64,000 nucleotides of DNA, from positions 69,442,001 to 69,506,000 of the forward strand of contig NW_024704742.1 in NCBI RefSeq assembly GCF_018977255.1, given 5' to 3'. This stretch comes from Callorhinchus milii. Lineage: Eukaryota. Below, piece by piece: positions 34,285 to 45,361 of the stretch (within the stretch, counting starts at the first letter, position 1; the number at the start of each line of letters is the position of its first letter). The notes under the pieces are model-generated. The model saw only the letters and a program-made list of their open reading frames with translations, did no database searches and had not been told where the DNA came from. Made by a program: the position numbers and the translations under genes.

Positions 34285-35420
34285 GCCTTCATGGTACTTC
34301 CTTGAATGGTTCAGATCCTACCTCTTACATCGTCTCCACTTCATCTCCACAAATGGTTTCGTTTTCAGCCCCCACACCATCTCGTGCAGTGTTCCTCGGG
34401 GCTCTGTCCTTGGTCCCCTCCTCTTCAATATCTACATACTCCCTCTTGGTAACATCATCCGCAGACATGGGGTCAACTTCCACATATATGCAGATGACAC
34501 CCAACTCTATCTCTCTGCCTCCCCCCTTGACTCCAGGACCACTGCTGTCCTGACAGAATGTCTGTCAGACATCAAGTCCTGGATGAGAGCGAACTTTCTT
34601 CAGTTGAACGTCAACAAGACTGAGGCTCTCCTAATTGGCTCCCGTCAGCGCCTCCTCACCTCGGGCGCTGACAGCATCACCATCCATGGTTGCACACTCC
34701 ACCTCACTGAGCCAGTCCAGAATCTTGGTGTCTTGTTTGTCCCTCAACTATCCTTTCTACCCCACATCCATGCCATGACTCCCTCTGCCTTCCCCCACCA
34801 TTGCAACATCGACTGCCTCTGGCACTGTCTCACACCGCAGGCCACCGAAACCCTCATACATACATTCATAACATCCAGGCTCGACTATGTAAACTCACTG
34901 CTTGTCGGCCTCCCCAACTTCTCCCTCCATAAGCTGCAGATCATCCAGAACTCTGCAGCCCGTGTCCTCTCCCGCACTAGGCTCCGTGACCCTATCAACC
35001 CCATCCTCGCCCAACTCCACTGGCTTCCCATCAAGATCCTGGTCCTCATCTTCAAAGCCCTCCATGGTCTTGCTCCCCCCTACCTCTCCGACCTCCTATC
35101 ATCCTGTTCGCTCCCTCCGCTCAGCGGGCTCCGCCTGCGTCACGTCCCCCGCCTCGCCCACCCAACTATCGGCCGGGGGGCCTTCCGCCACTGTGCCCCC
35201 ACCCTCTGGAACTGCACCCCGCAGTCCCTCCCCCTCGCCCCCTCCCTCGCCACCTTCAAGACCCATCTCAAGACCCTCCTCTTCGACCGCGCTTTCGATC
35301 TCCCTGCTCCCCCCCGCCCTCCCCCACCCCAACCGCAACCCCCAGCTCGGGTCAGTGATGTCTGTCCAGCGCCTCGGGACGTCCTCCTGACGTGAGAGGC
35401 GCTTTACAAATGCAATGTTC
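34285..35420 (+). mobile_element. 5'-truncated L2 LINE with RT domain
   Basis: Open frame with VPRGSVLGPLLF, YADDTQLY, SRLDY and IQNSAARV, followed by an L2 tail. Confidence 0.92.
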
Positions 35421-35432
35421 TCTTTACAAATG

Positions 35433-35713
35433 CTCCCTTCTCTTTGACCGAGCCTTCAGCTCCCCTCTCGACTCTCTACCCCCTCCTCGCTCCCTCCCTT
35501 CCCTCCCCTCACCCTGACCATTTCCCCCCTCCTCGCTCCCTCCCTTCCCTCCCCTCACCCTGACCATTTCCCCCCTCCTCGCCCCCTCCCTTCCCCCCCT
35601 CACCCTGACCATTTCCCCCCTCCTCGGGTCATGACCCAACTGTGCAGCGCCTTGGGACGTCCTCCTGACGTGAAAAGCGCTTTATAAATGGAATCTTGTT
35701 GTTGTTGTTGTTG
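35433..35713 (+). mobile_element. L2 3' end with internal tandem expansion
   Basis: Three copies of ccctcaccctgaccatttccccc; tail ...ggaatcttgttgttgttg. Confidence 0.85.
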
Positions 35714-35894
35714 ATACTCCATTGGCAAACACGTCACCTTTTGGAGTCTGTTGAGCTCCAAGAAGACTCTGCTCTGCTCTCCCCCACACAGACACCACGT
35801 CACCACACCACAGGCAGCAGTCAGAGGCCTCACAGGTTGAAAGAGCCATTGCTTTGGGTTTGATGTGGTGCCAACCAGAGGATTCTGGGCCTTG

Positions 35895-36024
35895 TCGTTA
35901 CTACATCTCCCAGGGTGCACCCCGGCGGCGCTCAGATCTCTGGGTAATAGACGGGAAGCGGAGGGACTACATCACCCAGCATGCAGCGCGGGCTGGCGGC
36001 AGTTGGCGGAGAGAGGCCGCCGCC
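35895..36024 (+). promoter_or_regulatory. AP5S1 promoter with two ZNF143/THAP11-type (ACTACA..CCCA..TGCA) motifs
   Basis: actacatctcccagggtgca at 35900 and gactacatcacccagcatgca at 35965; ETS-like GGAAG at ~35954; CpG-rich; perfect Kozak gccgccgccATGG. Confidence 0.7.
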
Positions 36025-37191
36025 ATGGTTCACGGGTTCCTGGTGCTCGCGCTGAGCTCAGCGGAGGAGAGCAACTGCCGCCTCCTCTACTCCCGGCAGT
36101 TCGGCTCCGATGAGGTGGGCAGAGGTGAGGACCCGGCGGCGGGGGAGGAGGAGGGAGACCTGCGGGCGCGGAGGCTGGTGAGGAAGGAGCGTCTGGCGGC
36201 GGTGAGCAGGTGAGACCCCCCCGGGTACCCCCTCCCCCCCCGTGTACCCCCCTCCCCCCCGTGTACCCCCCTCCCCCCGTGTACCCCCCTCCCCCCCGTG
36301 TACCCCCTCCCCCCCCCCCGTGTACCCCCCTCCCCCCCCCCGTGTACCCCCCTCCCCCCCCCCGTGTACCCCCCTCCCCCCGTGTACCCCCCTCCCCCCC
36401 CGTGTACCCCCCTCCCCCCCGTGTACCCCCTCCCCCCGTGTACCCCCTCCCCCCCCGTGTACCCCCCTCCCTACCGTGTGCCCCCCTCCCCCCGTGTACC
36501 CCCTCCCTACCGTGTGCCCCCCTCCCCCACCGTGTGCCCCCCTCCCCCCCGTGTACCCCACTCCCCTACCGTGTACCCCCTCCCCCCCGTGTACCCCCCT
36601 CCCCTACCGTGTACCCCCTCCCCCCGATGTACCCCCCTCCTCTCCCCGTGTACCCCCTTCCCCCCTCCCTGCCCCCCCACCGCCCCCGTAACAAAATTGT
36701 CATACTTGACAGAATATAATTCTCATCGAGTGAGACGGCTAATCTGCAGGGTTTTGATCTCCAGGCAAGTGAAGTCACTGTGCGCGATGGCACGTCAGGC
36801 TTCAGAGAAACCGATCCCTGACTTTGGGTCTGTGATCGGAGAGGAGTCCATTGCTGTGCAGGAAGCGGAGTTCGGAGTGTTCCGCCTTCCCGCTGGAGAC
36901 CCCTTTGTGGAGGAGAAGACAGTGCTGTGGATGGGAGTGCTTTCTCTCGGCTTTGCACTGATCTGCGAAGCTCACGAGAACTTAATGCTGGCGGAGAATA
37001 CGCTCAAATTGATAGTGAAGAACTTAATGGAGTGTTTAAAGCTGTTGATTCATGGCAATGACATTTTACTAAAGACGGACAAGATTGAGATGGTTCTGAA
37101 TACATTCCTGCCACACGGACAACTGATGTTTATCAACTGTTGTTTCATTCAAAGCCTGGACAAGGAGCTGAGTACTTGTATGTCAAAGTGA
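36025..37191 (+). CDS. AP5S1: AP-5 complex subunit sigma-1; exons 36025-36209 and 36765-37191, 203 aa
   Basis: MVHGFL...CRLLYS..FG, RKERLAAVSR|QV, VLWMGVLSLGFALICEAHENLMLAE and FLPHGQLMF match AP5S1; AG|gtgaga donor and cag| acceptor are in phase; adjacent to CDC25B. Confidence 0.95.
36215..36690. repeat. C-rich minisatellite (ccccccgtgtaccccctcc)n filling the AP5S1 intron
   Basis: Tandem ~19-22 bp units. Confidence 0.95.
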
Positions 37192-37611
37192 GTCGCTCTC
37201 TGGAATATTCTTCACTTTTCTGGGGCATTTCATAAGCTAATTGCTGGAAACCAGAGGAATTAAAATAACATGCATTCTGGCTACAAGGATTTTAGCATTA
37301 ATATAGTGGTGCTGCAGCATTGGGAATGCAGGTTTAATTGCCTGCATATCACTCAGTTCTTTTCAGTGATTCATCACTGAATGGCCACATACATCCCCAC
37401 AGGGTGAGGGGAGGAAAGACGAGGAAGGATGAGGGGGAGGGGGGGCAATTGAAAGTGGAGCTATCTATGATTTACTTTTGCACTGTGATATAAAGCCATC
37501 TACGAGCAGTCATTGCATTGGTTCCTAGATGAATGGTATCTGGGGAGGTGAAAGAAAATGCATTGTTGCTGTTTACATTTTTCAGATCCTAAAAGATCCT
37601 TTCAAATGTTG

Positions 37612-37617
37612 AATAAA
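37612..37617 (+). terminator. Probable AP5S1 poly(A) signal
   Basis: AATAAA ~420 nt after the stop codon. Confidence 0.6.
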
Positions 37618-37863
37618 AATAGTAAAATGTTTCTATCTTATGAAGTCCTTAACCCGTGGAATCATTTTGGGTCCTCAATATTATACATTTCCTTTTAATT
37701 TAAATTCACATTCTTCTTGTCAAAATCCATCTTGTGACACCTTGGGTAATTGAACTTCTCAGAGCTCCATGTGCAGGTTGCTTAATCCTGTTTTAACACC
37801 CACTATCTATACACACACACTCGCAAATGCACATACAGAGCTCTCAACAGCAGCGACTTTATA

Positions 37864-37975
37864 CGGGGTGACCAAAAAGTCTTATTTTTCAGCTACCCTA
37901 TTAGCGAAACAAAAACATCTTTTCTTTAAGACTTATTAGACACTGTAATGGTATCACGACTTTTTGGTCCCCCTA
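37864..37975. mobile_element. Tc1/mariner-like MITE
   Basis: TIRs cggggtgaccaaaaagtc and gactttttggtccccta, flanked by TA. Confidence 0.7.
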
Positions 37976-38866
37976 TAGTATTCAAAGGTGGAAACTCTGG
38001 CTGATTAATTGCCACCCAGACACAGAGCCCAACTAACTGTTAGCATTCCCACTGCTGTCCCAAATAAGATTATCTAACTCCTCGCAGTTGGAACCCAAAA
38101 TTGGGGTTTTAGTCACTGGAGTTGAAGAGATTAAGAAGCGACCTCTTTGGTTTGAGTGTTCAAGAGATGAACGGTTATGATGAAGGTAGAATCATAGAAT
38201 TATACAGCACTCCTTCTGTGCTCTATAATTGTTTGTTTCTACCTTCAATCATAACCCTTCATCTCTTGAACACTCAATTATCAAGGTGTCACAAGATTCA
38301 GCCCATCGTGTATGTGCCGGCTCTTTGAAAAGAGCTATCCAAATCAATCCCACTCCCCCGCTCTCTCCCCGTACCTGCAAACTTGTCCTCCCCAAATAAT
38401 TATCTACTCTCTCAAAAGTTGTTATCAAATCCGCTTCCACCACCCTTTCAGGCAATGCATTCCAGATCCGAACAACTCATGTGAAAAAATGTCTCCTCCA
38501 CTCTGTTTCTTTTAAAAACGACAAAATTACATTTGTAAAGCGTGCCTCGCTTCACTAGCTCCCTATCCCTCCAGAGAATTGACTACAGGATCCTCGTCTT
38601 CACTTTCAAAGCTCGCCACAGTCTTGCTCTTCCCTACCTCTCATCTGCTAGAACTTTACCAACATGTCTGCTCCCTCTGCTCGGTGGGCACTAGCCTGCT
38701 CCATGTCCCCTGCCTGCTCCACTGTCAGTTGTTGGGCTTTCTGCCCTCACCCTCTGGAATGGGCAGGGAAATGGATTGCTTGTATGAGCCGGCCCAGCAC
38801 GATGGGCTGAATGGCCTTCTGTCCTGTGAATTTCTGTGGTTCTGTGGAGGGTTGCTGACATGAAAG

Positions 38867-41047
38867 TGTGAAATTGGGAGCAAGCGTTTGGCAGAAACCA
38901 CACCAAGGATACTATTAAGATATTTTATTAGCAATTCTAAAACCGCACAAGCATAAGCATCACATTACACCCGATGTAATATTATTACTCGTCGCGCTTA
39001 AATGACTACTAAAGCACTATCTTAACAAGATACACTCAATACTAAAATTCTAAACATATAAAAAAATGATGTGATATATGAAATGTGCCTAAATAATCTC
39101 TAACTGTTTTGTATGTATGTTGGGTGCGTGTTTTAGTAACTAGGAGAGATACTACCAAGCAGGCAGGAAATCGTGACGAAGTTCTAAAGGCTGGCACAAA
39201 AGTTAAACACTGTCTGGCTTGCTGCTGGCTGCAAATGTCTCTGGCTTACTTCTAACTGCAAAGGTCTTTTGGTGGTCCACTCCGGCAAGGGCTGAACTCG
39301 TCCTCTTTGCGGTCCACTCCGGCGAGAGCTGGACTTGTCCTCTTTCCCTCAAAGGCGCTCTTCTTCCTCTCCATAGAGGTTCTTCCTCTTCCTCTCCTCA
39401 GAGGCTCGAATAACGTCTGAGTTTTGGCTACCGATTTTATACTCTTGTTCATCAGCCATCTGTGTTCTAACATTTTTCCCCATGACTTCTTTCCTACTCT
39501 CTGCACTTTTCCCAGGCATTCTTTCCCTATCTTCAAGTTGTTCCTCCTTGTACCAGCTAATGGTATCTTCTGCAAAGGAACGATACTCCTCCTATTCCAT
39601 CTTATCTAGCCTGACCTGACTCCATGTCCCTGAAGTTTCAGTCCTTCTTTCTAACTCTGTCCATGTGACCTGCTCACTTTAAGCTTTTTCTGAGTTTTAA
39701 TCTGCTAGTTGGCCTCCCATCCATTCTCCTGGTCCAGTTATCCCAAGTTCCTATCTCTCCTGCCCGTAGGCCACATGCCCTCCCTTGATGCATCGCAGCT
39801 ATCAAGCTACCGGCCCATCTCTCCTTCCTGTCCAAGGTCCTTGAAAGAGTTGTCACCTCCCAGCTGCGCTCGTTCCTCTCCACCCATGCATTATTCGAAC
39901 CCCTTCAGTCGGGTTTCCGTGCTGCCCATGGCACAGAAAACGCCCTGGTCAAGGTCACCAATGACATCTTGATCATCTGCGACCAGGGCTCCCTCTGTCT
40001 CCTCGTTTTCCTCGACCTATCGGCAGCATTCGATACGGTCGACCACGCTATCCTACTCCACCGCTTGTCCTCCCACCTCAACCTTCAAGGCCCTGTCCTT
40101 GAGTGGTTTAGGCCGTACCTCTCCCACCGTCTTCATTTTGTTTCCACAAACGGCTTTTCCTCCGGCCCCCGCACTGTCTCGTGCAGTGTCCCTCAGGGCT
40201 CTGTCCTCGGTCCCCTCCTCTTCACCCTCTATATGCTCCCCCTGTGGTGACATCATCCGCAGACATGGAGTTAACTTCCACACGTATGCGGATGATACCC
40301 AACTCTACCTTTCCTCCTCTACCCTCAACTCCACGACCACCGATGTCCTGACAGTCTGCCTGTCCGACATCGAGTCCTGGACGAGAGACAACTTTCTTCA
40401 GCTCAACGTGCGAAAAACCGAGGCCCTCCTGATTGGCTCACGTCAGCGCCTCCGCACCTCAGGCGCTGACAGCATCAGCATCCAAGGCTGCACTCTCCAC
40501 CTCTCAAAGCCGGTCAGGAACCTCGGGGTTCTTTTTGACCCTGAGCTGTCCTTTCTCCCTCATATCCGCGCCACAACTGGCACCGCCTTTCATCACCTCC
40601 ATCCCCCAGTGCCTTCGCCTTGCTTCCTCCCTTTCCTCCTTCAAGACCTTTCTCTTCGACTGTGCCTTCAGCTCCCCTCTCGACTCTCTACCCCCTCCTC
40701 GCTCCTTCCCTCCCCTCACCCTGACCATTTCCCCCCTGTTCGGGTCCTGACCTAACTGTCCAGCGCCTTGGGACGTCCTCCCGACGTGAAAGGCGCTCTA
40801 TGAATGGAATCTTGTTGTTGTAAGCGCAGATGGCCTACCATCCATCCCCCTGATCCAGCTATCCTTATCTTCCCTGGCCATGGGTCGCATTCCAGTGTAC
40901 TCCTCCTAGCTTGGTGCCTCTTCACTAGGACTGTGTGTGTGTGTGTGTGTATGCCACATGGCAGTTTTTATTTCTTTAATTCATTCTACTTAATTCATCT
41001 ATTCACTACATGATCAACACTGATGATTCTTATACTATAATCCCACA
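38867..41047 (-). repeat. 3' LTR (38867-39781 plus 40821-41047), interrupted by an L2
   Basis: Aligns to 45362-47085; TATAAAA at 39435-39441(-); AATAAA at 38924-38929(-); PPT-like aaggtggggac at 41048-41058(-). Confidence 0.92.
39782..40820 (+). mobile_element. L2 fragment inserted in the 3' LTR
   Basis: YRPIS, LDLSAAFDTVDH, VPQGSVLGPLLF and YADDTQLY motifs; (TTG)n tail; absent from the other LTR. Confidence 0.92.
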
Positions 41048-41186
41048 GTCCCCACCTTGAAAGTGAAGGAACAGTAAGTTTTCTGATCTCTCAAAAAAAA
41101 ACTTTGGTTACTAACACACATAAAAAAAATTGGATAGTAATATATACAAAAATTGGTTAGTAACACACATCCTGCTTTATCATGGA

Positions 41187-41384
41187 TCATCCTCTTCTAA
41201 TAAGCGAGACCATGTGGGATTGCTATTGTAGACCATGAACAAGAGAGCGAGCCCATCTTATTGCAATTATCAATGCAACGAGTATTACGATTTGAACAAT
41301 AATGAACTATTGTGATAAAAGCCACAATACAGGGTGCTGTCCAACATTATAAACTGCCACCATCTGGCTGTTCCGTGATGGTTC
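41187..41384 (-). pseudogene. Env-like/transmembrane ORF remnant downstream of integrase
   Basis: Acceptor ttgttctttcag| at 41385, then EPSRNSQMVAVYNVGQHPVLWLLSQ*FIIVQIVILVALIIAIRWARSLVHGLQ*QSHMVSLIRRG*. Confidence 0.5.
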
Positions 41385-41411
41385 CTGAAAGAACAAGTAT
41401 AATATGTTATT

Positions 41412-43890
41412 ACACAGTTTTCAACTGATTGATGTGATGTCAACGGGCATATTTCTTGGTTTTGTTATGGTATTGTAGTAGGTAAACTGAGGGGCTGGCT
41501 TTATCAATGATGGGAAAAGGGCCTTTGTGCTTGGAACTGAATGGGTGATCCCTTTTCCCATAATCAAGTACCACTACTGAATCACCAACCTGGTACTCTA
41601 CTGGTTTAATTTTTTTGTCAAAGCATCGTTTCAGGTCTGATTTCCCCCTCCACCACTCCTGAAGACTGGGGGTGGTGTGAGATGTGCAATTTTGTGTGAT
41701 TCCCAACATGATTTGCATTTCCGAGAAAATTTTACCTGTAAAGTGCGACCCTTGGTCTGCGTCCACTTGTACAGGTATTCCCCACCTGCAGATCGCTTCG
41801 CGCAAGAGGAGTTGTGCTGCTGTTATCACAGTATTAATCCTAGTGGTAAAAGCCTCGATCCATTTTGTAAATTTGTCTAGTATTACAAGACAGTGCTTAA
41901 AACCCCCTTTTGCCGCTGATAATGGCCCAATTAAATCAATCTGCACATGGGTCCATGGACCAAGGGGTGGGGGTGCCGATTTAAGGAGCGCTCGCTGTCC
42001 TTGAGGAGGGGGATTATGCTGCAAACATACCAAACACCGGTGGGTGCCCAGTCAGCCACCCAGAGGAGGAGAGGGCTTGCCTTCTTTGTGCCATTGTAAC
42101 ACATCAACATACGGTTGGTATGTTGTCTGTAAAGTTTGAATGTCCAAAGCAGAAGGAGCTGAGCAATAATTTCTACGGCATATGCAGTGAATGTAGCATC
42201 ACCTTCTGGAGACCGGTCACAAGGGTAAAATGTGTGATGGCCCAGGATGTGGCCAGCAGGTGTCGATCGCACATGTCAAAGTTTTTCTCAACCCCTGTCA
42301 GGATGTGGGAGGCAAATGCAATCGGATTCATTTTGCCGTGGTAGTCATGGCATAGTACTGCCGTTAAGCTCTGGTCGGTCGCAGCTACCTTCAGGTGAAA
42401 AGGCTCCTGCGGAACCAGAGAAATCAAAGCTGTGGCTTGTATGACTCCTTGTTTTAAAGCAGTCGCAGTGTGAGCATCAGTCCAAAGTTCTACCACGGAG
42501 TCCTCTTGTCCTTCCAACAATTCGTACAGCGGTTTGGTGAGCTCGGCAAAGGAGGGAATGAGCGACCTTTGATATCCCACCAGACCCAAGAATGATGGCA
42601 GGGCTGTTTTTGTTTTAGGGAGCGGCAGCCGGGATAATATCTTTTTATCATTCGGCGTACGACCACTTGGGGACAGTCGTACTCCGAGAAAAGTTAGTCT
42701 TTTGCATCAGCTGGGCCTTCTTGGGGTTAATTTTCAGTCCTGCTTCAGCCAGTCGGTTCAGTATGTTAGTCAGTGTCTGAATGTGAGTATCGTAGTCAGC
42801 AGTTGCAATTAAAATGTTATCCACATACTGAAGCACACACTCAGAATTCACGCACCCTTTAAAAGACGTGAAAAGCGCTATATCAAATGCCAGGATTATT
42901 ATTATAATAGCAGCCATTCGTTTGTGAAAGGTAGTCGGGGCGTTGTGGAACCCTTGGGGCATGCACGTTCAGGTGTATTGCTGGTTATCAAATGTGAATG
43001 CGAATTTAAACTGATCCTCATCTCTGATGGGAACACTCCAGAAACCATTAGAAATATCTAACATGGAGAAAAGACAGGCATATCTTGGTAGACTAGTCAA
43101 TAGGGTCAGGGAATCACTGACCACTAGGGAACAGGACGGTGTAACTTTATTGAGTTGTCAGTAATCAATTGTTAACCTCCAACTCCATCCAGCTTTCGTA
43201 CCAACCATATGGACCAGTTGGTGGTGAATGAACCTTCTCGAATGACACCCGGTTGTTTTAATGAGTTAATAGCATCCTCTATGTATGGGTGGCTATCCCG
43301 TGGTATAGGATTGCTTGCAGGGTTTGTGCAGTTGTCTGTTAATGGTCTCAATAGCAGTTACCTTTCCACAATCATACTTGTGGAGAGCCACCACTGAGGG
43401 TTGGGGCACCAAAGATTTTTGCCACCGTATTATCTGGGAACTGTATGGGGGGGTAAATTTCACCCTTTTTAATTGCAAACACCGCTTGACAGTCATCAAC
43501 CCGAGCTGGATTTGCGATCTCCCCACCTCCAGTGGGATCCCCTATCCACCGGCATTGATTTGAAAAATCAACTGTCGCCGCACATTTTAAAAGAGCATCT
43601 GTCCCCAATATCCCTCTCTTCTGGATCGTGTTGGTGGCTGTCGCGTTCGGTACGTCTAAAGTACACCACCCGCTTTCTGCCGGGAGGGTTATTTTAACAT
43701 GTGTCATTTGGACCTGATAAAACAGCGTTCCCGTCAAACCCGCACGATTCCATACATTCATTCGGAGCGTTGCAAATTTTCAGTCGGAGTGTCAGAGTGT
43801 GTTATAGTAGCCTCAGACCCGGTGTCAACTCACATAAGTTGTGATGGGCCTCCATTCACCACAGGTTTAACATAAGGTCTGGCTCCTAAT
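41412..43890 (-). pseudogene. pol: pol (protease, RT, RNase H-like tether, integrase), disrupted
   Basis: VDTGS; WRLTIDY*QLNKVTP; LDISNGFWS; FAFTF; MPQGFHNAP; YVDN; FLGLVGY; PIAFAS; GPWTHVQIDLIGPL; DADQGSHFT; HPQSSG.VE. Confidence 0.92.
42865..42905 (+). mobile_element. 5'-truncated SINE tail inserted into the RT
   Basis: gacgtgaaaagcgctatatcaaatgccaggattattattat sits between the MPQG and YVDN motifs. Confidence 0.85.
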
Positions 43891-44028
43891 ACAGGTTCAA
43901 ATGGCATACATAGGTTGGGGGAAGTTAGTGGAGAGGCCGGGACCTGGCAGGTGGCTGTGGGGGGGGGTTCTGAATTTTGGAATGTAAATCCTTGCGGTGG
44001 GACACAAGGCTGAGACAGACTCTCACAT

Positions 44029-45210
44029 CTACCTGTCTTTGCTGTGGCTGCTCAGGGCAGGACCATTGCTGTTATCAGCATTGTTAGTCCATTGGTCAAT
44101 ACTCAGTCCCTGTTGAAATCGTTTCGACCAGTTCACAAAGTCCTCACAGGTGGGGACCAGCCGCTGACACTTTAGTTCCCTCCCTTTGGAGTGGAGCATT
44201 ACTGCTGTTGAGTTTCTATGCCCAATGCCCAAACTCACAGCAACCATGACAGGGTGAGTTGCTTTGATTTCTGCGGGTACTGTAAGGGACACTAGCTCTG
44301 TTTCCCCTGGCTTTCTACCCTGCTTTCGTCTCGGGTCATTGTGCAGCAAGGTCCACGTATTATAGCCAGGTTTTAGCCCTTCTACATAGAAAACCTCCTT
44401 TCTCCCCTCTGCCCAGGATGCCTGGTCTGAGGGCTTCTGACAGCCTACCCATGCTTTAACTACCATTGGGAAAAGCTGGCTCCAATAATCCTGGGCTGTC
44501 ACAACCATCCCTAGTTTAGCCTGAACTTTTGGGTGGAGTTTTGCCCAAAACTTTTGTTTACACATAACCTGCCCGTGGGGATCGGCATGGATACCGTTCA
44601 TTTGGGATAACTCGAGAAGCGCGGAGAGTAGCTGAATGAAAGCGGTCAGGTGTTCTCTGAAAGCTCCCCGCGCATCTTCTAACTGGCACTGACTTGTCTT
44701 AAACCTGGCCTCGAGTCCAGTCAATCATTTCACACTTGAAACTGCATTCTGACCCTGCTGTGCTGACATGGCCACTAGATGTTGCTGTGTGCTAATGGTG
44801 CCAGTTAAATGGGAAATTTGCTTTGCCTGATCACATATCGTAGTTTGATGGTCATTAATCTGGTTCAAGAAATACTCCTCTTGATTCTCTAACTGCTTGA
44901 AGGACTCCCTAATTACCTTTCCTAAGTCCATATTCCTACGATCTGCTCTGTTTTTATTAATGAGCATGGCACAGTAAATCGCATATCTCAATGCTCGCTC
45001 GGCTCGCATTTGTGAGTGAATTGTTGACACCCAACCCTGAATTTCATCAAGCCAATCAATGGCTCCCTGTAGTGGATCTGCATGATTCTCCATGTTCTCA
45101 TACAACTTTTCTAGCCCCGTATGCAGTACCTGTTTCACTATTTTATCAATATAGGTGTCTAACATAGTAGGCCCTTCCTTTCCTAACATCTTGTTAGTCT
45201 TATTCCCCAT
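44029..45210 (-). pseudogene. gag: gag-like ORF (MGNK start, coiled coil, degenerate CCHC knuckle)
   Basis: Lies between PBS and pro; one in-frame TGA at 44725-44727; PCHGCCEFGHW in a shifted frame at ~44210-44254. Confidence 0.7.
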
Positions 45211-45339
45211 CGTCTTCACTTTATTTTGGGTGTATAAATGTGTCTTGAGAATGATTCGGTCAAACACTTGGGGTCCCTTTTGTTCGGGCAGACAGTATTG
45301 CCGTATTGGTTCTTAGTCTCGTGACCAAGACACTTGTCT

Positions 45340-45357
45340 GTCCCGTTGTGGTCACCA
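45340..45357 (-). promoter_or_regulatory. Primer binding site, probably tRNA-Arg
   Basis: TGGTGACCACAACGGGAC, 4 nt after the 5' LTR; 15/18 to the recalled tRNA-Arg PBS TGGCGACCACGAAGGGAC (two mismatches are CpG transitions) versus 14/18 to the tRNA-Trp PBS. Confidence 0.7.
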
Positions 45358-45361
45358 AATT

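Noticed and set aside
34241..35395. 384-aa RT ORF as an active or domesticated gene
   Set aside because: 5'-truncated L2 with no endonuclease, no true start and small in-frame deletions (e.g. WLPI|KILVL).
36210..36764. Proline-rich N-terminal extension of the 297-aa ORF
   Set aside because: Intronic minisatellite read in frame with AP5S1 exon 2.
39252..39575. 107-aa ORF duplicated at 46315-46638
   Set aside because: The duplication just reflects the two LTRs; non-ATG start, spans the TATA box, no recognisable domain.
41412..45210. Bona fide foamy virus
   Set aside because: The CCHC knuckle remnant, non-Lys PBS and lack of accessory ORF space argue against it.
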